In this document: positions 9,567 to 18,314 of the stretch, piece by piece
How positions within the stretch are numbered: position 1 is the first letter of the stretch
Layout: each line of letters starts with the position of its first letter
IMG/VR virus record: IMGVR_UViG_3300027740_000003
Coordinates: 224,001-288,000 of that record
Reading direction: 5' to 3' (one strand)
Length of the DNA: 64,000 nt
From: a virus
Lineage: Duplodnaviria > Caudoviricetes
Translations under genes and position numbers: made by a program
Notes under the pieces: model-generated
What the model was told of the DNA's origin: nothing
Seen by the model: the letters and a program-made list of their open reading frames with translations, nothing else
Databases searched by the model: none

Positions 9567-10315
9567 TAGTCTTCCTTATATGATACATATATTGGCAACT
9601 TGCCCTGTGAATATAATGCACAATTATTCCGGAACTCACTAACTTTACTATCATGCTCAAATGTTTTAAATTTCCTATACTCCCCCGTGTCATATTCTCC
9701 TACTCCCAGATGAATTCCCGGCTCTTTCAGATATCCTAGTTTAAATCCAAAAAACCTAGCTCTCATACCATAGTCGCTATCTTCTAAACCATAAAATCCA
9801 GTGTTTTTACCAGGAACATTATATTGTTTAAAAAATCCAAGAGCTTTATGCAACGGTTTCCCAAACACCATACAAGCAGTACCCAAATTCCCCTGAGGCT
9901 TATTCTGAAACTCATGCCCTCCCAGCTTAACCAAAGGATATGTTGTTGCCTCAAAATTGACTCCTACGGCACCGTAAACAGGATTGGCCTTGAGTATCCC
10001 AAGGCACTCTCCAAGCCATCCTGAAGGCACCTCGACATCATTATCAATGGTACAATACCAATCCGCCCCCATCTGGTCAGCTGCCCATAATGCTTGGTTC
10101 CTTCCTTTGCAAATACCTAGATTATCTGAATTTAATATCAACCTACCCTTCCCAACCAAATAATCATTTAGGAATTCCACAGTCCCATCTGTAGAACAAT
10201 TATCAACAACAACTAGCTCATAATCCAAATCTGTATTTTTTTCTAATGAAGCTAATGTTAATTTTGTAAGCTCCAGCCTGTTATAAGTTATCATCATTAG
10301 AACTATTTTTTCCAT
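9566..10315 (-). CDS. GT2-family glycosyltransferase
   Basis: ITYNRLELT, VVVDNCSTDGT, NLGICKGRNQAL, TIDNDVEV, YGLEDSDY. Confidence 0.9.
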   Translation of the reverse strand: MEKIVLMMITYNRLELTKLTLASLEKNTDLDYELVVVDNCSTDGTVEFLNDYLVGKGRLILNSDNLGICKGRNQALWAADQMGADWYCTIDNDVEVPSGWLGECLGILKANPVYGAVGVNFEATTYPLVKLGGHEFQNKPQGNLGTACMVFGKPLHKALGFFKQYNVPGKNTGFYGLEDSDYGMRARFFGFKLGYLKEPGIHLGVGEYDTGEYRKFKTFEHDSKVSEFRNNCALYSQGKLPIYVSYKED

Positions 10316-11274
10316 TTTAATACCTCAAACATCTCCAACGGAGTCAAGTTTTTACTGGTTATTATTTTCTTGTTTGGATTTATAAATTTCTTATTTCTTA
10401 TCAAACAGCATTCATTATAAAGTTTTAATGCACATGGCGTTGTGTTCCCAATAAACAACCCCGCCAAAACAAAATCTGGTTCCTTTGATAAAACAAAACT
10501 CGACTCTTTAATCAGATAAACAATATTCTCTACGTCCAACGAAATAGTTAATGCCCCCGTTCCATAATACTTTTGTGGATTAGGTGAGGCTATTATTAAA
10601 TTATAATTTGTTTTAGTTAACATTGCGGCAAATGATCTAACTTCGTTTATCCCCCATGTAAGACTTAAACTGTTATGATCAGACCATCCCGTTATATCAG
10701 GGAATAATAATACAAACCTTTTTTTCAAATCAAACCTAGATGTATTTGCTATCTTTAGTAATTTCTCAGGCAACTCTATCCTTCTTAATTGTGGAATATA
10801 TTTTTCATTCCATGTTATCATTAAATTATTAAATAATTGTTTTAATAATGGCTTGTCATTTCTATATTTAAATTCCCCCCAATAAGTATAAACATCAATA
10901 TAATTATTTAAACAATTCATAATTGCTGCCGTTTTGTTCTTATTAAAAAATACAGGAACAGTATATTGGTGAAGAACAGATGCTGAAATACGTTTGGTTG
11001 GTTTGGCCAAACCCTGAATATCATTAAGTTTTTTAAATAATGAGTTGCCACACCATTCCATTGGATAACGTGAATATATTGTATTCAACGCTTCAAAATA
11101 AGATAATGAAAATAAATTTTCAATAAACCCTCCGTTAAGACAAAGCACGCCGGTTTTATCACGAAATAAATGGTTCCACCTATCAGAGTTCATTTCTGGA
11201 ATAATGAATTTATGATTCCCTAACGTATAAGGAACTCCTTCAGCAAAAGGAAATATCTTAGTGCTTTGGTACAT
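10303..11274 (-). CDS. Divergent GT-B protein, GT9 (heptosyltransferase)-like
   Basis: GGFIENLFSLSYFEAL, FVLLFP...W...FAAML and LDVENIVYLIKESSFVL resemble GT9 segments, but the DSG-H motif is degenerate. Confidence 0.45.
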   Translation of the reverse strand: MYQSTKIFPFAEGVPYTLGNHKFIIPEMNSDRWNHLFRDKTGVLCLNGGFIENLFSLSYFEALNTIYSRYPMEWCGNSLFKKLNDIQGLAKPTKRISASVLHQYTVPVFFNKNKTAAIMNCLNNYIDVYTYWGEFKYRNDKPLLKQLFNNLMITWNEKYIPQLRRIELPEKLLKIANTSRFDLKKRFVLLFPDITGWSDHNSLSLTWGINEVRSFAAMLTKTNYNLIIASPNPQKYYGTGALTISLDVENIVYLIKESSFVLSKEPDFVLAGLFIGNTTPCALKLYNECCLIRNKKFINPNKKIITSKNLTPLEMFEVLKWKK

Positions 11275-12097
11275 ACAACATGTAGTTTGGATTGTTTTGA
11301 TATATTTCTAAATCCATCTGGAATGTTTTTCCCCACTTATCTTTAAATAGTTTTACATTGCTCTGAACAAATAACTTATTTACAGGGTTTAACTTTAATG
11401 AAGAACTTTCGTTATGATAAAATAACGTATCTCCGCAATAAACAATTTTCTTTCCCATATTATATTTAATTGACAAATTCATATCAATGTCATCAAATGA
11501 CCATATAAATGATTCACACATTCCGGATATTCCAGATTTGTTTGCTGTACATACTTGTTTAAAATATTTAGATTTAGTTAAACAAACGGCAGCAGTACAA
11601 GCCTGAAATTCTCTATTAACATTATCTTGTTTATTTACTTTGTCTCCGCGGCGATAATGAAAAGGCATAAAATTATACTTAGCAGATCCTATTACCCCAA
11701 CATGAGTTATCGTATCTCCATCCGGATATAATATCTTTCCTCCAACTAATCCTACCCAAGAATCCTTTTCCATAATATTTATCATATTCTTTAATGATTT
11801 GTCGTCTATAACCCACAGATCATTATTAAGCAATAAAATATAATCATCATCGGCCGGTCTTGCTAAATCAAAAAGAATATTCATTCCTTCTGCAAAATTA
11901 TGTCTGTTATGTCCAGTATAATATGGAACAATATTGTTTGATTTAATAGATTCTAGAAACTCTTTCGAACCATCATTGCTACCATTGTCTTTTATATACC
12001 AACAATAATCTAATCCTTTTAATGCTGGAAGCAAAGATACATATAATCTTTCCAACAAAGGTTTGGCATTCCAGTGAAGAGTAAATATCTTAATCAT
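11258..12097 (-). CDS. GT2-family glycosyltransferase
   Basis: IKDNGSNDGS, NFAEGMN, LLLNNDLW, FDDIDMNL. Probable start ATG 12097 (ATGA overlap). Confidence 0.9.
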   Translation of the reverse strand: MIKIFTLHWNAKPLLERLYVSLLPALKGLDYCWYIKDNGSNDGSKEFLESIKSNNIVPYYTGHNRHNFAEGMNILFDLARPADDDYILLLNNDLWVIDDKSLKNMINIMEKDSWVGLVGGKILYPDGDTITHVGVIGSAKYNFMPFHYRRGDKVNKQDNVNREFQACTAAVCLTKSKYFKQVCTANKSGISGMCESFIWSFDDIDMNLSIKYNMGKKIVYCGDTLFYHNESSSLKLNPVNKLFVQSNVKLFKDKWGKTFQMDLEIYQNNPNYMLYVPKH

Positions 12098-12834
12098 CTC
12101 TTGGTCCACTTTGTTATAAATGTTCTTTTAGATTCTAAATACATATTAGACAAACCTAGCTTTTTAGATGTCATCTTCCCAAAATGAACAACCGGAACAG
12201 GAATAATTTTAAATGGTATTCTTAGTTCTGTAGCACGAAATGACAAATCAACGTCTTCATAATACGAAAAAAATTCCTGTGAAAACGGACCTTTAACAGT
12301 ATTCTCTGTAGGTATAAGTTTATCAAATACTTCTTTTCTAGCGCAAAGGCACCAACCAGACATATAGAAATTGCCGGACTCCATTGTGGTTGTTTCCCTA
12401 ATGAAGTTAAAATGTTCATCCAACAATCCTCCATTAGGCCCAACAATGCTTCCATCAGCAGCTGCATCAATAAGTTTCTGAGTCCATGTAGAATGGTCTT
12501 TCTGTACCCTTATATCGTTATTTAAAAAGAGAACGTATTCTCCTCGGGCTATCTGGTACCCTCGGTTAGAAGCTTCCCCAAACCCCCTATTATCTTTATT
12601 AATAATAGCTATGAGGTTCCTAGGACGATCTAATCCCGTCGGATGATCCGGATGAACACAATCTACCATAATAAATGGATTGGCCCAAAGATGGCAGCTG
12701 TCTTTGGTTCTATCTGTGCTTCCGTTATCTATCAAAATAACCTCATGATCCTCTGGCAACTTGGCAAGATCTTTCAGAGCAGATTTGGTAAAGTTCCAAT
12801 TATTGTGAACGGGTATTATTATACTTAGTTTCAT
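12094..12834 (-). CDS. GT2-family glycosyltransferase
   Basis: LSIIIPVHN, LIDNGSTD, GFGEASNRG, LFLNNDI, YYEDVDLS. Confidence 0.92.
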   Translation of the reverse strand: MKLSIIIPVHNNWNFTKSALKDLAKLPEDHEVILIDNGSTDRTKDSCHLWANPFIMVDCVHPDHPTGLDRPRNLIAIINKDNRGFGEASNRGYQIARGEYVLFLNNDIRVQKDHSTWTQKLIDAAADGSIVGPNGGLLDEHFNFIRETTTMESGNFYMSGWCLCARKEVFDKLIPTENTVKGPFSQEFFSYYEDVDLSFRATELRIPFKIIPVPVVHFGKMTSKKLGLSNMYLESKRTFITKWTKR

Positions 12835-14035
12835 TTATTTTTCTCATTTCTTTATTATTTTTTCTAGTTTCAATCATTTTTTTATAAGCACAAATAGGAC
12901 AAAAATGTCCTTTTTTTATTGAAGACGGAACTGCGAACCACCTATGCCCAATTTCACATTCCCATTCTAATTTTTGACGACATCCCAAATAAACAGAAGA
13001 AATACATTTTCCACCTTTTTCTTCAGCTGACTTTTTATATTCTTCGAATTTGTTATAATAAATATTGTGCATATACGCCTGCGACAAATCTATTTCTTTA
13101 TTTTCAACATTATACCCAAATTCTCTACATTTATTTATAATAAAATCTTTTAATCTAGGAAAACTTAATTTATTAAATAAGGTTGGAATGACTACAAGAT
13201 TGATTCCTTCTAATTTACACTGTTCTAGTTTTAATTTATCATTTCTTTGAACCTCTTCTAATCTATTATTTGATTTGCCAAATGAATTATTTTCATAATG
13301 ATGAGCTCCCTGATGTTCAAAAGCTAAATTTAATTCTTCACAATATCCGTCCAATTCAAGTTTAAAACCTTTGTCAGAACGCAAACAACCCAACCTAATA
13401 GTTTTAAATTCTTTATTAAAAAGTTGTTCAAAATGAGTCCTGCATACTTCTTCACTTAAATTATTATTTCTAGAACATTTTTGACACCAATGTCCTAAAC
13501 TTACAACATCAAAATATTTAATATAAAAAATATGTCCAAAATTACACATCATTTTTATTTTTGACAAACTTGTGTCATATTTTTTAGACAAACATTTTCC
13601 ACCATATTTTTCGACAATTTTTACCAAAACATCATAGTGTTTTTTATTATAACACTCTCGGCATTTGATCAAATCTCTACTTTGTGAATTAAAACTTTTA
13701 TTAAATTCACATCCACATTTTAAACATTTCCAATTTAATTTCTTTTTATTATAAATGTATTCTTTTGATACACAAATTACACCTGTGTCTTTTAATTGTT
13801 CATTTATATTTTCTATAGATCTTTTTTTATTAGTACAATAATTTTTTGAACAATATTGACATTTTATCAAAGATTTATTTTGACAATCTAAAGTTCTTTC
13901 AAATTCATTATTACATTTGAAACATTTCCATTTAAGCACTTGTCTATTATATTCATAATGATCTGATATACATATTACATCAAAATTTTTAAATTTTTCA
14001 TTTATGTTTTTAATTGTTAATTTATTTTTATACAT
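12800..14035 (-). CDS. Free-standing zinc-ribbon + PD-(D/E)xK endonuclease (homing-endonuclease-like)
   Basis: Four CxxC/CxxxH...CxxC zinc-ribbon repeats; SEEVCR...LELDGY...LAFEHQGAHHY nuclease core; visibly more AT-rich than its neighbours; overlaps both flanking genes. Confidence 0.8.
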   Translation of the reverse strand: MYKNKLTIKNINEKFKNFDVICISDHYEYNRQVLKWKCFKCNNEFERTLDCQNKSLIKCQYCSKNYCTNKKRSIENINEQLKDTGVICVSKEYIYNKKKLNWKCLKCGCEFNKSFNSQSRDLIKCRECYNKKHYDVLVKIVEKYGGKCLSKKYDTSLSKIKMMCNFGHIFYIKYFDVVSLGHWCQKCSRNNNLSEEVCRTHFEQLFNKEFKTIRLGCLRSDKGFKLELDGYCEELNLAFEHQGAHHYENNSFGKSNNRLEEVQRNDKLKLEQCKLEGINLVVIPTLFNKLSFPRLKDFIINKCREFGYNVENKEIDLSQAYMHNIYYNKFEEYKKSAEEKGGKCISSVYLGCRQKLEWECEIGHRWFAVPSSIKKGHFCPICAYKKMIETRKNNKEMRKINETKYNNTRSQ

Positions 14036-15233
14036 TTGTTAAACTTGTAATCTGTTGTGCCACATTATCCCAACTCATTATTTTTAACTGTTCTTTAATC
14101 ACTGGTCGGAACCTGTTCATTATGTCATCATAATTGCTAACTGCATATCTGAGTTTAGCAACTGCATCATCTATGTCCGGCTCAAACATCTCTGCAAATG
14201 GAGAATTTGTCCAGTATTGCATTTCTTTTGGAGCACGAATCATTTTGCCATCAATTAAAATAGAGTTGTTATTATTTAGGAAGTCTAGCTGCCCCCCATA
14301 GTTGGAATTAATTACCAAAATATTTGTGGCTAACGCTTGGGCCGAAGGCAGATGGAACCCTTCAGCATGAGTCATCGCAAATAAAATATTACAAGCATTA
14401 TATAGCGGAGTCATTGTGTCTAAGAATTCTGGAATAATTTCAACTTCAGCATGTTTTGGATACTTTTTATAAAAATCTTCTACAATTCTCCAAAAATCAA
14501 TATTAAATGGCATTGCTTTTTCTTTGGTCTGCTCTGGAGAATTCCTTTGATTCAGCTTCTTTGCAGCCCTAAGATTTCTAACCTGTTTCTGAACAATTGC
14601 TTTTGGTGAAGGTTTAACACTTATTTTGCACACCAAACAAACATCATCTTCTTTTGTGAACGCTTTTCCAAACGCTTCAAATAATCCTGGTATATTCTTT
14701 CTTATATGTGGTTGAGCTATATCTGATAATATTTTATATTTCTTTTTAGTCTTTAATTGATAAACCTTTTTGGAAGAATACTCTTCTACATTTATTCCAT
14801 GAGGCACAACTATAAGTTTTTCTTCTGGAATACCACTATTAGCAAATATTCTTTTTGAAAACTCTGAAGAAGGAAGCATCTTATCACAAAATTTATGAAG
14901 TTTAGCAAACCCTTCAGGAATAATCGTGGTTTCATAATTCCATATTCCAAATCTATTTTTATTTCCATTATTAAGATAACGTGGAAAGTTTGTCATTGCC
15001 GTATAAGATAATTGCATATCATAATTTTTATCTATATATTTCCACGGAGTCGAATCCTCTTGCTCTTTCCATTCTCGCAAATATGGTTTTAAATCTTCTG
15101 GAAAATATTTAATTCCATTTGTTGAAAACAAATGAACGTCATGATTTTGTTTTATTAATGCCCTGGCAATATTCGTGCCAACGATTTGCCAGCTGTGATT
15201 TTGAGCTAGGAACTGTTGAATTTTAATTTTCAT
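14028..15233 (-). CDS. GT4-family (GT-B) glycosyltransferase
   Basis: VVPHGIN, PHIRKNIPGL.EAF, EGFHLPSAQALA, NYGGQLDFL, FEPDIDD. Confidence 0.9.
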   Translation of the reverse strand: MKIKIQQFLAQNHSWQIVGTNIARALIKQNHDVHLFSTNGIKYFPEDLKPYLREWKEQEDSTPWKYIDKNYDMQLSYTAMTNFPRYLNNGNKNRFGIWNYETTIIPEGFAKLHKFCDKMLPSSEFSKRIFANSGIPEEKLIVVPHGINVEEYSSKKVYQLKTKKKYKILSDIAQPHIRKNIPGLFEAFGKAFTKEDDVCLVCKISVKPSPKAIVQKQVRNLRAAKKLNQRNSPEQTKEKAMPFNIDFWRIVEDFYKKYPKHAEVEIIPEFLDTMTPLYNACNILFAMTHAEGFHLPSAQALATNILVINSNYGGQLDFLNNNNSILIDGKMIRAPKEMQYWTNSPFAEMFEPDIDDAVAKLRYAVSNYDDIMNRFRPVIKEQLKIMSWDNVAQQITSLTNV

Positions 15234-15244
15234 AACTTGCCTTC

Positions 15245-15275
15245 AATAAAAGAAAGGCTAGGACAAGCCTAGCCT
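15245..15275 (-). terminator. Rho-independent terminator between the virion genes and the glycosylation cluster
   Basis: Minus strand AGGCTAGG-cttgt-CCTAGCCT (perfect 8-bp stem, 15255-15275) followed by TTCTTTT. Confidence 0.75.
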
Positions 15276-15299
15276 CGAATATTTCTTTCTTTTCTTTAA

Positions 15300-18200
15300 T
15301 TATGGATAGGTTGTTCCAAGACCAGCCATCTCACTTGGCGTTATGGTCAATACTTGGTTCTTCCATCCAGCTTTCTTCAAATATATTACAACCTGTATCT
15401 TGGAAACCATTGTTGCAAATAACGGGTTTTCATCAAGATCCCTTATCGTTAATCTAAGGAAGCCTGTAGAATGATCCATATACGTTCCAACTATATCATC
15501 AATTATTATTCCATAGCCGTCAACTAAGTCATATCCATCTAAAGAAGGAATGAAGCTTTGAATAGAAACATTGAATCTAACTTTGTTCCCAGCCAAATCT
15601 TCTGGCTGCACTGTTGTACAATCAGCATACCTCATGGCTGGATAATTAGCATTAGTCATTCCATCACCACGGTCTGATACAAAATCTCCAAATATATCAA
15701 ATGAGGTTTCTGAAAATATCTGTGTTCCCAGTTCTAAGTTTATTATTCCTACCTCAATATCTACAGGAAGAGGAGTTCCATCAGGACGAATTAAAGAACC
15801 TGACCCAATAATTAGATTACCAGGAACATAGAAATCATTTCTACCAGGATCACAATCCGGAATCTCATTAGACCTTTCGGTACAATCAAATTGTGCAGAT
15901 TGTGTACAGTCTGCCGCATCTATACTTGTAGGATAAGTAAAAGCACATGGCACAGCTCTTGCTTCTGCATTTAATGACAACATCCAATCAGCCCAGAAAG
16001 GAACATATATTATATCATAGTCTACAGAAACAAATGGAGCCACCTGATATACACCAGAATTGTCGTCATCAATTGTAGAAGACGTTATATTTCCATAATA
16101 TGTTTTTTCTATATCTGATAATGAAGACGGATCAACTGTAGTAGGACAAGTATAAATTGGACCATCTGATTTTATATATCCATCACAAGTAAGTGTAATC
16201 GGATTCTCTGTTTGATAGCAAACCCAATATCCATCACTTCTAGCAACGGCCGGTTGAACTTCTAATTCTAAATGTGTAAAATAAGATCCTACTGGGAAAT
16301 ATCTATACCCATCTTCTCTATTAACATATCTTTGAATTAAATCGACATCAATTGCAGAAACAATTCCGTCTCCATCAACGTCAGCTCTGAGTATTTCTAA
16401 AGTAGTAAAATATCCGTCTAGAATATCTTGCTGAGTAGCTGCGCTGGTTATATCGCAGCCTATTAGTTGTGCTGCCCTTGCTACGTCTGCTGATGTAATA
16501 TAACCGTCTCCATTTACATCTCCATAGCCGTCATTGCACAAAGTTTCTTTATATATTCTGTATTCATATGCTGCCGTATTATCTGGTACAATTTTTCTTC
16601 CAACTAATCTGTTTGCTAGAAGATCCCCGTCGGGATTAATAATAATGAAAGAATTATCATTGGCAAGACCTGGATAAGTTTGTGTTTTTGTTATTGTTTC
16701 TCTGGTTTTTGGATTGATATCGGCCATACAACCGATTGTTAAAGGTTCGGAAGTTTGCCTTAATGTAGTTAATGTAGCCGATGTTGCAAAGCTAAAAGAA
16801 GGAACATACTGTTTTCTTGAATAAACATTATTTCCAGTTCTCTCATCTTGTGTAGTAATTGACTTTTCTATTGCTGCCTCTATAACTCCGATATTATTTA
16901 TGCCCTCGCCGTTTGAAACGAAGTTATAGAATCTATTATAATTATCTATAGTTGCACCAGTAGTCTCATCTATTTCGGTTTTCTCTATAGCAATACCATT
17001 TCCTCTATCATATGCTTGGCCAGAAGCAAACTTGGCAGAATTTGACCAAACCTGGAACCACATATCTTCTTCAAGAGAATCAACCCAGATTGCATTAAAT
17101 ACAGTGAGTCTTGAATTGTCTAGAGTGTCAGTGCCCACTTCCATATATATTGTTCCAAGATCAGCGCTTCCACTTCTCCTCACAGTAAAAGCATAATATT
17201 TACCATTCTCAACACCACCAGCGGCAGCAATAACAGAATTAGTAAAAACGAAATCTACAGGCTGAGGAACATCAGTTAACACATAACCTGCATCTCTTAA
17301 CTCTGATTGACTAAAACTAAGTTCAGTTAATGGCCTTTCTTCTGGGTCAAAGTCGATAGCTAATTCGGGGAGAATATCTGTAGGACAAGCTGTAGTTGTT
17401 TGTAGTCTATAAACCGATACAATAAGATCTCCGTTCCAATTAAATCTATCTTCTATATCAGCAGTATAATCTCCAGACACAGACATAAGCAAAGTAATCT
17501 TTTGAATATTATTTGTACTAGCCAAGAATTTTTGACCAATCTGTGTAGTGACGTCATTGGGAAGAATGGCTCTCTGTGGCTGCCTTGATGTAATATTTAT
17601 TTCAAGATCATCTGCGTCATAAGCGGATCCAATACCATTTTGGATAACGTTCCAAATTGACAGGTGGCAATCTGCTGGTCTAATATCACGAATAAATATA
17701 TTAGGTTCGATATCTTGACCAACCACCATTGCGTCTCTGTTTAGCTCAAGAGGCAATGCTTCTCTGATAATTATTCTTCCGCCCCAACAAGCAGAACAGT
17801 TATTGTTTCCATCAAACCCGCTTAATAAAATTGTTAATATATTTGTATAATGTCTAAATGTGGTTTGTGTTTCTTTTTTATGAAACTCGAATCTATCATA
17901 TTGTAAATTACCCTCGAAATCTAAACCTATAATAAGAACTTTAACATTATATCTACCAAAAGCTTTTGCTAAGGAGGGTTTTGTGGTCTGTGCAATACTT
18001 GAATCGGCATATTCTATAGACAATTGATTACCAAGAAGAGTGTCGCTTGGTTGGGTTGCGGGAGAAAGACCTGTTCCATCAAGGTTATTAGCTGCTTGTA
18101 ATTGGGCCTGGACAGCAGATAAATTATCTGTATCAAATAATACAGTTGGTATGGGGTTCTCTAAAAGAACACCAGACCCAAACATATTTTGAACAATAGC

Positions 18201-18311
18201 AGAAAAGTTCCCATTTGTATTATCTTGTTCTACGTTCATATCAGACAGATCCACTTTCTGGCCATCTGCCCAATTATTTTGTAATGATGATACTGGTATT
18301 CTTGTTGTCAT
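15300..18311 (-). CDS. Baseplate-peripheral / fibre-type virion protein with a dockerin-like double EF-hand module
   Basis: N-terminal WADGQKV..SDMNVEQ resembles fibre/baseplate attachment N-termini; dockerin-like repeat pair; follows the wedge genes; 8 DGY motifs. Confidence 0.6.
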   Translation of the reverse strand: MTTRIPVSSLQNNWADGQKVDLSDMNVEQDNTNGNFSAIVQNMFGSGVLLENPIPTVLFDTDNLSAVQAQLQAANNLDGTGLSPATQPSDTLLGNQLSIEYADSSIAQTTKPSLAKAFGRYNVKVLIIGLDFEGNLQYDRFEFHKKETQTTFRHYTNILTILLSGFDGNNNCSACWGGRIIIREALPLELNRDAMVVGQDIEPNIFIRDIRPADCHLSIWNVIQNGIGSAYDADDLEINITSRQPQRAILPNDVTTQIGQKFLASTNNIQKITLLMSVSGDYTADIEDRFNWNGDLIVSVYRLQTTTACPTDILPELAIDFDPEERPLTELSFSQSELRDAGYVLTDVPQPVDFVFTNSVIAAAGGVENGKYYAFTVRRSGSADLGTIYMEVGTDTLDNSRLTVFNAIWVDSLEEDMWFQVWSNSAKFASGQAYDRGNGIAIEKTEIDETTGATIDNYNRFYNFVSNGEGINNIGVIEAAIEKSITTQDERTGNNVYSRKQYVPSFSFATSATLTTLRQTSEPLTIGCMADINPKTRETITKTQTYPGLANDNSFIIINPDGDLLANRLVGRKIVPDNTAAYEYRIYKETLCNDGYGDVNGDGYITSADVARAAQLIGCDITSAATQQDILDGYFTTLEILRADVDGDGIVSAIDVDLIQRYVNREDGYRYFPVGSYFTHLELEVQPAVARSDGYWVCYQTENPITLTCDGYIKSDGPIYTCPTTVDPSSLSDIEKTYYGNITSSTIDDDNSGVYQVAPFVSVDYDIIYVPFWADWMLSLNAEARAVPCAFTYPTSIDAADCTQSAQFDCTERSNEIPDCDPGRNDFYVPGNLIIGSGSLIRPDGTPLPVDIEVGIINLELGTQIFSETSFDIFGDFVSDRGDGMTNANYPAMRYADCTTVQPEDLAGNKVRFNVSIQSFIPSLDGYDLVDGYGIIIDDIVGTYMDHSTGFLRLTIRDLDENPLFATMVSKIQVVIYLKKAGWKNQVLTITPSEMAGLGTTYP
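16315..16535 (-). other. Dockerin type I-like domain
   Basis: GDVNGDGYITSADVARAAQLIG and RADVDGDGIVSAIDVDLIQRYV, two DxxxDGxxxxxD Ca-binding loop-helix repeats. Confidence 0.75.
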
Positions 18312-18314
18312 AAA

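Noticed and set aside
13300-13370. DGY in the PD-(D/E)xK endonuclease (LELDGY)
   Set aside because: Part of the nuclease catalytic motif, so excluded from the virion DGY count.
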